A stretch of DNA of 60,626 nucleotides from a virus (lineage: Duplodnaviria; Caudoviricetes), in IMG/VR virus record IMGVR_UViG_3300008113_004447, positions 1 through 60,626 of that record; one strand, 5' to 3'. This document shows, piece after piece, positions 27,099-37,391 of this stretch. The notes beneath the pieces were generated by a model. That model was not told the origin of the DNA. It did no database searches and saw only the letters and a program-made list of their open reading frames with translations. Position numbers and translations under genes: made by a program. Numbering within the stretch: the first letter of the stretch is position 1; every line of letters begins with the position of its first letter.

Positions 27099-27742
27099 GA
27101 GATTATTTTGAATCAGATGCAAGGTATCTAAAATTAGATATTCCGTTTGATCACAAACTAATGCTTGCTGAAGCTCAAGCACTGCGTCATAGATTTATTC
27201 CTCATCGATACGATGAGTCTAGTCACAGAGGGTGGTCTTCATTGTCACTATACGGATTACATGAATCTAAAACTGAAAATTGGGACGAGTACGGATACGC
27301 TTCTGGTGCAGATGCTGCAAAAGATTTTGTGTGGACAGATGCTGCAAAAGAATGTCCTACTATTATGAATTTTTTATTAAATAGTTTTCCATGTAAAAAA
27401 TATGGTAGAGTAAGATTAATGCTATTGGAACCAGGCGGATGGATTGGTATGCACTCCGATGGTAAGATGAAATTTGTAGAAAATGTCAACGTAGCTCTTA
27501 ATAATCCGCTAGGTTGTAAATGGCTATGGAACAACGGCCAAGAGTTAATTATGGCCCCAGGAAGTATGTATGCTATGAATCTAAGCTATCAGCATAGTGT
27601 GGTAAACGAAAGTGACGAAGATAGATTTCATTTAATAATTGCTAAACACGATTCTACAGACGAATGGAAATTAACTATGAATATGGCAGCTACGCTTGCT
27701 GGAGTTACAGGAACATATGTACCTCTTGATATGTACGCATAA
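27095..27742 (+). CDS. Aspartyl/asparaginyl beta-hydroxylase-like
   Basis: RVRLMLLEPGGWIGMHSD...HSVVNESDEDRFHLII. Confidence 0.8.
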   Translation: MRDYFESDARYLKLDIPFDHKLMLAEAQALRHRFIPHRYDESSHRGWSSLSLYGLHESKTENWDEYGYASGADAAKDFVWTDAAKECPTIMNFLLNSFPCKKYGRVRLMLLEPGGWIGMHSDGKMKFVENVNVALNNPLGCKWLWNNGQELIMAPGSMYAMNLSYQHSVVNESDEDRFHLIIAKHDSTDEWKLTMNMAATLAGVTGTYVPLDMYA

Positions 27743-27750
27743 GGACTAAC

Positions 27751-28587
27751 ATGAAATATCATATACACGAAAATGGATGGACAGTAATTGTTGACGAGAT
27801 TGATCTTAAAACTATTACTCAAGAAGATATTAATTATCTAGCAAAATTAATTGCAAAAAATACTTGTGTAGTAATTCGTGATCAATTCTTAACTACTGAA
27901 GAAGAAGTTAGAGTTATCAAGATGTTTAAGGATCCTTATTCGTTTGATCCTGATAATCGAGAAGCCGAAGCAGGGTATAGAAATTGCATAGTGCCCGATA
28001 GTGAAGGATATGTTATACGAGTTACTGGAGATGTCGACGAACACGGTAATCCGGGATTTGCAGGAGACGATGATGAATTAAAATGGCACTGCAATGACGC
28101 TACTCGACACGAAAGAAGATCAATAGTTTGGCTATACGGAATCAAGGGAACTGTTGGATCTAGGACTACGTGGAATAATAACATTTTATCGTATAATGAT
28201 TTAGATCAAGATACAAAAAATAAACTGCTTCCGCTAAAAGCTCGAATGAAGCATTGGCGTGATAACGACGATAACGAACCAGGTGTAGAAGAATTTACTC
28301 CTAACATTGTTCATACAAATATTGCCGGTAATACTGGATTGTTTTTTCCGTTCCTACAAATACACAGTTTACTAGGTGTCGACAAAGATGAATCAGAAAA
28401 ACTTATGACGTTTTTATCAGAACATACTGTGCAGGAAAAATATCTGTATCATCACGATTGGAAAGATGGGGATCTAATTATTTCTGAACAATGGCTGGGA
28501 ATACATAAAAGATGGCAATTCCCAGGAATGGTTGATCGATTGCTACATCGAATTGTTTTTAACTTTCCAGACCAAGACTATTCTTAA
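27751..28587 (+). CDS. TauD/TfdA-family dioxygenase (paralog 3)
   Basis: WHCND...YHHDWKDGDLIISEQWLGIHKR; close to paralog 1. Confidence 0.8.
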   Translation: MKYHIHENGWTVIVDEIDLKTITQEDINYLAKLIAKNTCVVIRDQFLTTEEEVRVIKMFKDPYSFDPDNREAEAGYRNCIVPDSEGYVIRVTGDVDEHGNPGFAGDDDELKWHCNDATRHERRSIVWLYGIKGTVGSRTTWNNNILSYNDLDQDTKNKLLPLKARMKHWRDNDDNEPGVEEFTPNIVHTNIAGNTGLFFPFLQIHSLLGVDKDESEKLMTFLSEHTVQEKYLYHHDWKDGDLIISEQWLGIHKRWQFPGMVDRLLHRIVFNFPDQDYS

Positions 28588-30029
28588 TCAACACCGAGTG
28601 GTTTGCACCCTTTATTAAACCAGTCATTTTGGTGCCACGGTAATTTTTTAAGTTTCGAAATATCAGTCATTTCAAAACTAGTAACTGGACCGTAGCTGTG
28701 CTGAACGGTTCTTTCTAATTCATATCCATCTGCTGCCCTAGATGTCAACATTAATATTATATTAGGATCGAGCTCAATTAATTTTCCTAATATTTTATTT
28801 TCGCAAGCAATTCTATATTTTAATGGCAAGTTAGCAATATACGGACCGTGATTAAAAAGATCACTAAGATTCAACAAAGTCTTTTTATTAGGCTCTAACC
28901 AATTAAAATTATGTGCAGCAGTATAATCAATTGAGATATATTCATAACTTAATTTTTTAACTTGTGACCATACTGTGTCCCAATCATTGAATACTGAAAG
29001 AAACATTTTCCACTGCTCATCAATTTGAGTAAAATAAGATTCTGAAATAGTAATTGGGCCGTTTGGTACTATAGGCATATTCTGTTTATAAAACTCAGCG
29101 TAATTTTTACCGTCCCAGTTAGTTACCATTTCTTTCATAAACATTAAACAATTATAATTAATGTCTGTAAAGATAACTTTAGTGTCTTTGGTAAATCCAA
29201 TTAATTGCAAATTACGAATCCAATTAAATCCAATACCAACTGTTGCATATTGTTCTACAGGACCATCAAACTCAATAGATTCTCTAAGAGGATCAGAATT
29301 CCATCCGGCAAAAAAATTGTCGCAAAAAAACTGGTGTTGTTTAATTTCTGAATACATTCTTGTAAACACATGATCATGTTCGTAGTATATGTATTTTTTA
29401 CTGTCTCGAATACTTTCTCCAAGATCAATTAGTGTCTTGTTATTTTCAAAAGCAATTTTTAAAATATTCCAGCCGTGTAGTTTAGTGTCATAGGTTTTAA
29501 TTTCAGTACCAGTCTTAATCCACACCGGAATTTCGTGATCGTCATATTGGTACTCTACACTTCGCAACGGTTCTAATTGACTGTACGATTCGATAGACTC
29601 ATTGCCTACTGCTGGAAATCCTAATAACGCATACTCTTCTAAATTTATAATATAAAATTGATGATGTAATTCAAAGCAGGCATTTTTAAAATAAGAATGA
29701 GTGCTTCTATCTAATATATGTCCCGCAATAAAAAATTCTTCTGTACACTTTTGTTCTATGGCTGGGAACAATCTATCAGACAGTCCTAAACTTGTGCCGC
29801 CGGCTATAATTACTGCGTGAGTATAACCATCAGTGGCTGCATGATATAATAATTCGTTTTCATTTTCCCCCACATACACATCAAATTGTTTTACAGCAAA
29901 CCTATGCACCATATAATCAGTTAAATTAATGTTAACATCTTTTGCCCAAATACTATGGCAAGAATCTAAATTGTCAACTATACAACATAGGATAGATTTT
30001 TCTTTGTCAGTTTTAAATTTTGTTACCAT
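28584..30029 (-). CDS. Hypothetical protein (481 aa)
   Basis: Long ORF; IAGHILD...LHHQFYIINL; family not recognised. Confidence 0.75.
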   Translation of the reverse strand: MVTKFKTDKEKSILCCIVDNLDSCHSIWAKDVNINLTDYMVHRFAVKQFDVYVGENENELLYHAATDGYTHAVIIAGGTSLGLSDRLFPAIEQKCTEEFFIAGHILDRSTHSYFKNACFELHHQFYIINLEEYALLGFPAVGNESIESYSQLEPLRSVEYQYDDHEIPVWIKTGTEIKTYDTKLHGWNILKIAFENNKTLIDLGESIRDSKKYIYYEHDHVFTRMYSEIKQHQFFCDNFFAGWNSDPLRESIEFDGPVEQYATVGIGFNWIRNLQLIGFTKDTKVIFTDINYNCLMFMKEMVTNWDGKNYAEFYKQNMPIVPNGPITISESYFTQIDEQWKMFLSVFNDWDTVWSQVKKLSYEYISIDYTAAHNFNWLEPNKKTLLNLSDLFNHGPYIANLPLKYRIACENKILGKLIELDPNIILMLTSRAADGYELERTVQHSYGPVTSFEMTDISKLKKLPWHQNDWFNKGCKPLGVD

Positions 30030-30574
30030 CTAGGATATTTCTCCAATTCCTCTAAAAATTTGTTTGGAAATAATTGCCATACTGTTTGTTGGGTTCCTCG
30101 ATACTCAATTTCTTTAATACGTTTCATCTGCCCACTAGCTTCCATAACAGGACCAAAAATGTTATGCACTAGACGCTGGGTGCCTACGCTACTCTCGTTA
30201 CTGGTAATATATAGATCGGCCCACGGGGGAGTCCACTCAATACATGCCGGAATTAAAAACTGACTAGTAACATGCTGATGTGTGACTATTTGATTACGTG
30301 TGCGTATACTAGGAATAGGAATATGATCTGAGAATACACATGTACGTGCAGCTATTCGAAAGGCATCTTCTCCCATCTCAGGAAAGCTGTGTGCAGCTAC
30401 ACTGCCTATTGCTTTATCATAATAATAAAGAATCCAAACGGCCCAGGCTTTTTCTTTTGATAAGCTGTCTACTAACATCCGTTGACTAGCATTGTTAGTA
30501 AATCCTTTCGATTCAGCAGTAGTATAAAATTCTGTCAAATCTAATTCTGCCGACCACGGAACTACTTTAAACAT
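30023..30574 (-). CDS. Putative GNAT-fold acyltransferase
   Basis: IGSVAAHSF...FRIAARTC...LYITSN; fold inferred. Confidence 0.5.
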   Translation of the reverse strand: MFKVVPWSAELDLTEFYTTAESKGFTNNASQRMLVDSLSKEKAWAVWILYYYDKAIGSVAAHSFPEMGEDAFRIAARTCVFSDHIPIPSIRTRNQIVTHQHVTSQFLIPACIEWTPPWADLYITSNESSVGTQRLVHNIFGPVMEASGQMKRIKEIEYRGTQQTVWQLFPNKFLEELEKYPRW

Positions 30575-31248
30575 TTTATTTTCTCAATAAAGTCTGCAGG
30601 GTACATATTGCTAAAACTGTCCCAACATAATTGTTGAAGAGTATCTAGTGGCTGCGGAGTGTCCCAACCGATTCCTAAACTGTCAGTGTATTTTTTCATT
30701 TCTTCTTGTCTGTTAGAATGAATGTGACTTAGATGATCTTTAATGCTAATCGGACCTTCATCTTCGTGATAGCAAAAGAAATAATTTATAGTTTTTAACT
30801 GACCTTCAACTAAAAAATAACTACTAGGATGCATACTATACTTGTATAATCCTAACATACGATGCGCCTGGAAAGATCTTAACATTTGATCCTGCCAATC
30901 GGGCAACACTACATCAAAAGAACATTGTTGATCTAAACTTTGCTGCCAAAAATCAACTCCGTCTACTTCTAAATAGATTTTTCGTTCTGTATAATCGATA
31001 TCTAAAATAACAGGAATTAAATGTGTAAATGCAGTTTTAACATATTTCAGATATTCTACTTCTCTATTCCATTTAGCTTCCATTAGATCCGGATCAACTA
31101 CTTGGTTCTGTCCTTTGTGATAGTCACTGTCGTTATGGTACCATTGTACAAAAGTTTTCTTATCTTCAGATATTAAACTAGTGTAAATTAAATTATTTCG
31201 CCAGGGCTCTTGTCCAGGCACTTGATTGTAGTAGTATTCGTATTTCAT
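30562..31248 (-). CDS. Kinase-fold-like hypothetical protein
   Basis: REVEYL...IPVILDID...KIYLE; paralog of 35153-35836. Confidence 0.5.
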   Translation of the reverse strand: MKYEYYYNQVPGQEPWRNNLIYTSLISEDKKTFVQWYHNDSDYHKGQNQVVDPDLMEAKWNREVEYLKYVKTAFTHLIPVILDIDYTERKIYLEVDGVDFWQQSLDQQCSFDVVLPDWQDQMLRSFQAHRMLGLYKYSMHPSSYFLVEGQLKTINYFFCYHEDEGPISIKDHLSHIHSNRQEEMKKYTDSLGIGWDTPQPLDTLQQLCWDSFSNMYPADFIEKIKCLK

Positions 31249-31304
31249 AGGTTGTATTTAATTTATCCATAAATATCGTGAGACAAATATAATTTAGGAT
31301 TTTA

Positions 31305-32363
31305 ATGACTACCCAAACTGTATCACTTTGTGAAACCTGTTATCGACATATTCCTGCAGAACGGTTTGAGCGCGAAGGAGCAATGTGGTTAGGTAAGACG
31401 TGCGCCAAACACGGATATCAAGAAGCAATATTAGATATTAACACAGAATTTTATAAAAGTCAAAAATATACTCGCCGAACTCCTAGCTCATATTGGTTAG
31501 ATATTACTAATAGGTGCAATTTAGATTGTCCACATTGTTATCAAATTCCAGATAACACTAGCAAAGACCCAGACATTGATTATTTGTTAATGCAGGTACA
31601 ATCTTGGCCCGATGACGGTTTGCCTGTTAGTCTTGTTGGGGCAGAACCTACAGTAAGAAAAGATCTTGCAGATTTAGTGTTAGCCATACAGGCATTGCCC
31701 GGCAAACCTAGAACTGTTATAATAGTCACTAACGGGGTGTATCTTGCTAAATGGGATTATGTAAAAAGATTCGAAGGTATCCCTAGACTTAAATGGACGT
31801 TTGGATTAAATCATCCAGATTACAACGGCGGCAATATTAGAGTTAAGCAGTTAGAAGGTTTAGAGAACTGCATTAAATTAGGGCTCGAAGTTAAAACATT
31901 AACTTACACATTAGGCAATTTAACTCAATTAACTGATGTTCTCGAGGAAGTGCAAACATTTCATCGAAGAGGCGTTTGTCATAATGCAAGAATACAAGTA
32001 GGAGTTAATATTGGTCGAGTTCCGGAGGAGACTGAAGATAGCGAACTGTATCTTTCGGAATTAGTATGCGAAGCTGAAAAAATATGTACAGAAAAAAATT
32101 GGACATATTTTCCGGATATTGTTGGTGGTAACAGAACACACTACGCTGTAGATATTAACGGTGCAGAGCATAAATTTATTAAATGGTGCGATGTCAAAAC
32201 TATTGACCTTGAAGAAGTACAAAGTGAATCTTGGGCTAACATTGTGCCAGGAAAGCCAATGTCAACTTTATTGCATCAAGTGATATTAAGAGATCAGGCA
32301 ATAAACAAAGGATTACCGTTATTTGATACTATACCGGAAAAGTATCAAAGACAGGACATATGA
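31305..32363 (+). CDS. Radical SAM protein with N-terminal Cys/His domain
   Basis: CNLDCPHC; SLCETC...KTCAKHG; GAEPT. Confidence 0.9.
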   Translation: MTTQTVSLCETCYRHIPAERFEREGAMWLGKTCAKHGYQEAILDINTEFYKSQKYTRRTPSSYWLDITNRCNLDCPHCYQIPDNTSKDPDIDYLLMQVQSWPDDGLPVSLVGAEPTVRKDLADLVLAIQALPGKPRTVIIVTNGVYLAKWDYVKRFEGIPRLKWTFGLNHPDYNGGNIRVKQLEGLENCIKLGLEVKTLTYTLGNLTQLTDVLEEVQTFHRRGVCHNARIQVGVNIGRVPEETEDSELYLSELVCEAEKICTEKNWTYFPDIVGGNRTHYAVDINGAEHKFIKWCDVKTIDLEEVQSESWANIVPGKPMSTLLHQVILRDQAINKGLPLFDTIPEKYQRQDI

Positions 32364-33427
32364 AAAAATTAGCAGACACTACATCAATTTGTGAGCATTG
32401 TTATAGACATGTGCCAGCAGTTCGATTTGAACGAGACGGTGCTATTTGGTTGAGTAAAAAATGCGTATGGCACGGAGAGTCAGAATATCTTGTAGAGCCT
32501 AACGCTGATTTTTATATTAACTATACATATCCAATCCCTGAAAATACTACGTATTGTCTAGACATCACTAATAGATGCAATTTAAATTGCCCACATTGTT
32601 ATCAAATCCCCGACAATATGAGTAAGGATCCGTCAATAGACGATATTCTTAATATAATAAAATCTTGGGATGATGACGGGTATGCTGTTGCGTTAATGGG
32701 CGCAGAGCCAACGACTCGAAAAGATCTTCCTGAACTATGCAGGGCTATTCAATCATTACCCGGCAAGTTACGTGCAATTATGATTTTAACCAATGGGGTA
32801 TATTTGTCCGATTACGAATATGCTGAACAATTTGCAGACATGCCGAAAGTGTTGTGGACGGTTGGATTAAATCACCCCGACTATCAAGGTGCAACTGTTA
32901 GAAAGAAACAAATTGAAGGTATTGAAAATTGTTTAAAGCTAGGAATGAAAATTAAGAATGTTAGTTACACTCTTGAAACTATTTCTCAGCTTGAATACTG
33001 CTTAGAAGAAATACAAGAGTTCGGTAATAGAATTTGTAGTCAGTATCGAATTCGGGTTGGTACAGACATTGGCCGTCACCCTGGCGAGGAAAAAGTATTT
33101 CTATCGGAACTGATAGAAATGGTAATTGCAGTGTGTGACAAGAAAGGATGGCAACATGAGTATGATCCAGAATATGGGATTAGAGTACATTATCCTTTGC
33201 GTATTAATGGCATATTAGTTAAAATTATTCAATGGCCGGATGTACGTACTATTGATCTTGAAGAAGAGCAAACTGAGTCTTGGGCCGATATGCTACCAGG
33301 AAAACCAGTGTCTCCACTTGTTCACCAAGTTATACTTAGAGATGGTGCAGTAAATAAAAATTTACCTTTATATGATACTGTACCTGAAAAATATCAGAGA
33401 AAATATGATACACGGAATAAACAATAA
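32360..33427 (+). CDS. Radical SAM protein (tandem paralog)
   Basis: CNLNCPHC; SICEHC...KKCVWHG. Confidence 0.9.
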   Translation: MKKLADTTSICEHCYRHVPAVRFERDGAIWLSKKCVWHGESEYLVEPNADFYINYTYPIPENTTYCLDITNRCNLNCPHCYQIPDNMSKDPSIDDILNIIKSWDDDGYAVALMGAEPTTRKDLPELCRAIQSLPGKLRAIMILTNGVYLSDYEYAEQFADMPKVLWTVGLNHPDYQGATVRKKQIEGIENCLKLGMKIKNVSYTLETISQLEYCLEEIQEFGNRICSQYRIRVGTDIGRHPGEEKVFLSELIEMVIAVCDKKGWQHEYDPEYGIRVHYPLRINGILVKIIQWPDVRTIDLEEEQTESWADMLPGKPVSPLVHQVILRDGAVNKNLPLYDTVPEKYQRKYDTRNKQ

Positions 33428-34205
33428 AACATATTACAACATGGAACAATATGTGGATATGGAAGCATTTGAAAAAATGCAGCCAGAAATCCTAACAGGA
33501 TTTGCTGTAGCAAGACATCATGCTAAAGAAGGTACATGGATGGCACCGGGGTTTACCTTTGATGATATGAGCTATAAGCTGCACTGGAAACCTATATACC
33601 AAGCAATGGAAGAATTTAAAGCATTGCCAGACGGGCCTCTTAAACAAGCAGGTATGGCACTAATGCCTAAGAATTTTAAAAACTTTCAAGAACGTAACGT
33701 ATTCACTCGTTTCTTAAAAATGGCCATGGGTGCTTATGATCCTTACATCTATTATTACTTGTGGGAAGAAGGTTCGTGGGACGATAGAACAGCACCTCGC
33801 AAACTAACACCCGAAGCACAATATTTCCCTAATGTAGTTAAGTGGGTCGAAAGCCTTGTAGGTACAGTGTTTGAAGATATTGGGCGTGTTATATTCTTTC
33901 ATTGCGAAGCAGACGGCATCCCGTTTGAACACAGAGACTTAGATGCTCGGAATGGGGTTAATGTTGTTGTCCCGCATCGTAATGAATTTATACATATACG
34001 TCCTAACACTAAGAAGGCAATGTACCTGTGGGATCCAGAGACTAAAAATAAAACTTACTTGAACTGCCGTGCTGCATGGTGGAATGATGTTGACTGGCAC
34101 GGTGGTGAACAGATTATGGAACAGAGCTACGGGTTACGCATTGACGGCAAATTTACACAAGCATTCCGTAAACAGTTAGGCGTTGATCATTTAGAGAACT
34201 ATTAA
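33405..34205 (+). CDS. Putative Fe(II)/2OG oxygenase-like protein
   Basis: EHRD...WNDVDWHGG...LRIDG. Confidence 0.55.
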   Translation: MIHGINNKTYYNMEQYVDMEAFEKMQPEILTGFAVARHHAKEGTWMAPGFTFDDMSYKLHWKPIYQAMEEFKALPDGPLKQAGMALMPKNFKNFQERNVFTRFLKMAMGAYDPYIYYYLWEEGSWDDRTAPRKLTPEAQYFPNVVKWVESLVGTVFEDIGRVIFFHCEADGIPFEHRDLDARNGVNVVVPHRNEFIHIRPNTKKAMYLWDPETKNKTYLNCRAAWWNDVDWHGGEQIMEQSYGLRIDGKFTQAFRKQLGVDHLENY

Positions 34206-34615
34206 TGAAATTTATTGAAAAATTTAAAGAAATGGCTCGACCTGGTTATTCAAATAATAATTTTTTCTTTCATCAGATGAATCCAAAATCTAAAGAAATG
34301 CAAAATTTTAAATTTACTCTACCTGAGTTGCCTGAAACACGAACCGACGTTAATTGGTGGTTTGTAATGTTATATCCTGGCGAGTTCCAAGCTATGCACA
34401 TCGACCCTCAACTGACTGAAGTCAGTAATCCGGTACGATACACTATGTTTTTACAAGATTGGGAACCCGGACACATATTTGTCTACGATGACAAAGTTGC
34501 TGCAAATTATAAAGCCGGTGATATATTTGAGTGGAGTGATCCTATGACCGTACACGGGCCGGCAAATATAGGATACAACACAAGATACACTCTACAAATA
34601 ACTATGTACGATTAA
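34205..34615 (+). CDS. Putative Fe(II)/2OG oxygenase-like protein
   Basis: PGEFQAMHID...HGPANIGYNTRYTLQI. Confidence 0.6.
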   Translation: MKFIEKFKEMARPGYSNNNFFFHQMNPKSKEMQNFKFTLPELPETRTDVNWWFVMLYPGEFQAMHIDPQLTEVSNPVRYTMFLQDWEPGHIFVYDDKVAANYKAGDIFEWSDPMTVHGPANIGYNTRYTLQITMYD

Positions 34616-35160
34616 CTATGAACAATTATATGAAAAATATACTGTGGACGTAGTCCGGCATTGATTCCGCTGTGCCATTCTTTGTAATTGTTCCACTTTA
34701 TCAACTGTCCAAAATCTTGATTGTACAGATAATCATTACCTACAATAAGAATATGGCCGTGATTAGCACCTTCCATAAAACAACTATATCTTGTTAAAGT
34801 TCCTTTTTCAAGATAAGCAGCTTCCTCTTCGTCAACATCCCAATGCCACGGAGCCATATAGCCCGGGTCTATTCGACTTATCCAGGCACGTACTAATCTA
34901 CCGCCCATGTCTTTAGCAAACTTTGTTGCAAACATTTCATCAAAATGTTCTTTAGGATAAAAATTAGTCCATTTGATACTGTCCATATTGAAATTAGCAG
35001 CTTGCCATCTTTCATATATTTCTTTGTATCCCGGAGTTTCTAAATTCCATATTTCTGGATCTGTAGTAATTGTTTTTCCTTGTTGGGATGATATAACGGC
35101 AATCAGTTGACTCCAGTTATACTCTCCTCCTGACGTGCCTAACGATGTAACACTATTCAT
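34612..35160 (-). CDS. Putative Fe(II)/2OG oxygenase-like protein
   Basis: PGYMAPWHWD...WHSGINAG. Confidence 0.6.
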   Translation of the reverse strand: MNSVTSLGTSGGEYNWSQLIAVISSQQGKTITTDPEIWNLETPGYKEIYERWQAANFNMDSIKWTNFYPKEHFDEMFATKFAKDMGGRLVRAWISRIDPGYMAPWHWDVDEEEAAYLEKGTLTRYSCFMEGANHGHILIVGNDYLYNQDFGQLIKWNNYKEWHSGINAGLRPQYIFHIIVHS

Positions 35161-35836
35161 TGAATAACCTTTTATAAAATTTTGGAAACGGATCACCTGG
35201 CCATTTCACATGTGTTGAAAGTGTTCTTTTAAAAAACATTTCAAAATCTATTAACCCATCAGAAGTAACTTCATCAAATCGAGTTCTTGATCCTTGGCCT
35301 AACATACCTTCTATTTTAGCTTTTTCAAGATACCTCTCTTCATGAGAAATACAAGAATAAAAATCAAAGGTTTTTAATTTATTATTTTTATCTAGATAAA
35401 AGCAATGGGGATATAACGCCATTTTGTAATACCCGGCAGAGACAACGTCTTTTAAAATATTGAATAATTGTGGTTGCCAATCCGAGCACTCTTTGTCAAT
35501 GTCACGGCTATCAGTATATACAATATCATTGCAAGTTTCAACATTCCATTCGATAAAAATCTTTTTGTTTTCTTTATCAATTTCAATAATGGAAGGTGCC
35601 CAACTGTACCCTTGAAATATTTCAAGATACTTAACTTCTCTTTCAAAAAAGAAATCTACTAATTCTTTTGTAAGCCGTGTATTTTCTTTTTGGTATTCAC
35701 TAGTTTCATCCCACAACATGCACATTATATTGCCCTCCGGATTAATCAACGGAGTGTACAATAAATTTGTGGCACATCGGATCTTATCTACAGGATCTTG
35801 CTTGTAGTAATATTTCCAATTGGTTGTATCTATCAT
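35153..35836 (-). CDS. Kinase-fold-like hypothetical protein
   Basis: EREVKYL...WAPSIIEID...KIFIEW...KTFDFY. Confidence 0.5.
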   Translation of the reverse strand: MIDTTNWKYYYKQDPVDKIRCATNLLYTPLINPEGNIMCMLWDETSEYQKENTRLTKELVDFFFEREVKYLEIFQGYSWAPSIIEIDKENKKIFIEWNVETCNDIVYTDSRDIDKECSDWQPQLFNILKDVVSAGYYKMALYPHCFYLDKNNKLKTFDFYSCISHEERYLEKAKIEGMLGQGSRTRFDEVTSDGLIDFEMFFKRTLSTHVKWPGDPFPKFYKRLFNE

Positions 35837-36504
35837 AATATGTGTAACTCGAATTCAGGATATAAAATATTTTTCAAATCATCTATTGCTATCTTTTCTA
35901 TAGTGAAAGAAACACAAGTCGGTGTGTGGTTAAATGCAGTTATCAAATTATTTTTATTGGCATAATTCAACCACACACTAATAGTTTGATCAAAAAAGAA
36001 TCTAGCATTATTTTGATCTAACCTCGATGGCGTAATTTTAACATCGATTGGGTTGTTCAAAATGTTAGGGGTCAATAGTTTTCTTACAACCAATTGTACT
36101 CGAACTATCTGGCCAAAGTTTGCTGCACTGTGCCTCGGACTAGCATCCATTTCATACCAAAATCCATCTTGGGTAGTTTCAAACATTTCTTGGCTATCAA
36201 TGTTAATTATAAAACTTTCGCTACCAGAAAGATTTAAATGGTAACGATCGTCAATGTCGGAATGACACTGATAACATTCCCCTGCCTTTAAGCCGATAAT
36301 CCTAGCTTCTCCAAAATCTACAGGAAGTGTGTTTAAAATCTTTTCCCAAGCTGTATCTTTATACTCTAATTTGGTTTCCCAGGGATCATAAAAGAATCTA
36401 CCCGTTGGTTCATTAATAGTCAACCGGAAATCAGTAGGCGGAACGGACTGTAGTGCGTCTTGTATCAGATTTGTAGAGACTGTATAATGTAACTTAGTTA
36501 GCAT
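35833..36504 (-). CDS. Putative Asp/Asn hydroxylase-like oxygenase
   Basis: CHSDIDDRYHL...RHSAANFG..VRVQLV. Confidence 0.6.
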   Translation of the reverse strand: MLTKLHYTVSTNLIQDALQSVPPTDFRLTINEPTGRFFYDPWETKLEYKDTAWEKILNTLPVDFGEARIIGLKAGECYQCHSDIDDRYHLNLSGSESFIINIDSQEMFETTQDGFWYEMDASPRHSAANFGQIVRVQLVVRKLLTPNILNNPIDVKITPSRLDQNNARFFFDQTISVWLNYANKNNLITAFNHTPTCVSFTIEKIAIDDLKNILYPEFELHIL

Positions 36505-36542
36505 GAAATATTTATGTGATACTTTAATGGTGTAAATAAAAC

Positions 36543-37391
36543 ATGAGTAGAATAACCATTGCACCGACTTACGATGCACAATGGCTTGAGATTGAGAGGC
36601 CGCAGCCTCTCACTGATTTTAAAATTGAACAACTTCAGCAAGATGTATTAAGTGGAAAAATTGACAAGGATATTACGGACAGCGTCTATGACAATTTTAA
36701 ATTTGAAGTTGAGCAATGGCTACTGAGGTCTCCGTTTAATAATTTTATAGGGCTTGATTCATTTTTACGCAAAGATATTATAAACGGATGTACACAATTT
36801 ATTGATAACTTATACATGCAAGGGCCTGTACAAGTATTACGTAACGATTACAAATATCACGAAAGATTGGGATTAGCGTATGTAAAAGATGTGGGCTCGC
36901 TGATACCAGATGTTCCATTAATCCTAGCGATGCCGTTTCCTAGCATCGGTGCGCCACATCAAGACATGGAGGAAATATTAAATGAATGTTTGGTTAAAAA
37001 GATTAAGGTCCACATTGACGGTGCTTGGACCACCTGTTGTCGTAATATCATATTTGATTATGGGCATCCTGCTATATCTAGTGTTGGTATTAGTCTTTCC
37101 AAGGGTCTAGGGTTAGGATGGAACAGAATAGGTTTACGTTGGACTCGGCAATCAACTCTAGATAGTGTTACAATAATGAATGACTTCCATATGAACAATC
37201 GTGCATTGGCAATGATTGGCTTACATTTTATACGCAATTTGCCACCGGATTATCTTTGGTTAACGTATGGTGAACATTATTATAAAGTCTGTAGAGATTT
37301 CAATTTACTTCCAACACGAAGTATACACCTAGCAATAAAGGACGGACATCCAGTAGGGGTAAGCCCATTGATAAGGTATTTAGAACAATGA
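36543..37391 (+). CDS. PLP-dependent enzyme-like protein
   Basis: VHIDGAW...ISLSKGLGLGWNRIG (fold type I Asp and Lys). Confidence 0.6.
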   Translation: MSRITIAPTYDAQWLEIERPQPLTDFKIEQLQQDVLSGKIDKDITDSVYDNFKFEVEQWLLRSPFNNFIGLDSFLRKDIINGCTQFIDNLYMQGPVQVLRNDYKYHERLGLAYVKDVGSLIPDVPLILAMPFPSIGAPHQDMEEILNECLVKKIKVHIDGAWTTCCRNIIFDYGHPAISSVGISLSKGLGLGWNRIGLRWTRQSTLDSVTIMNDFHMNNRALAMIGLHFIRNLPPDYLWLTYGEHYYKVCRDFNLLPTRSIHLAIKDGHPVGVSPLIRYLEQ

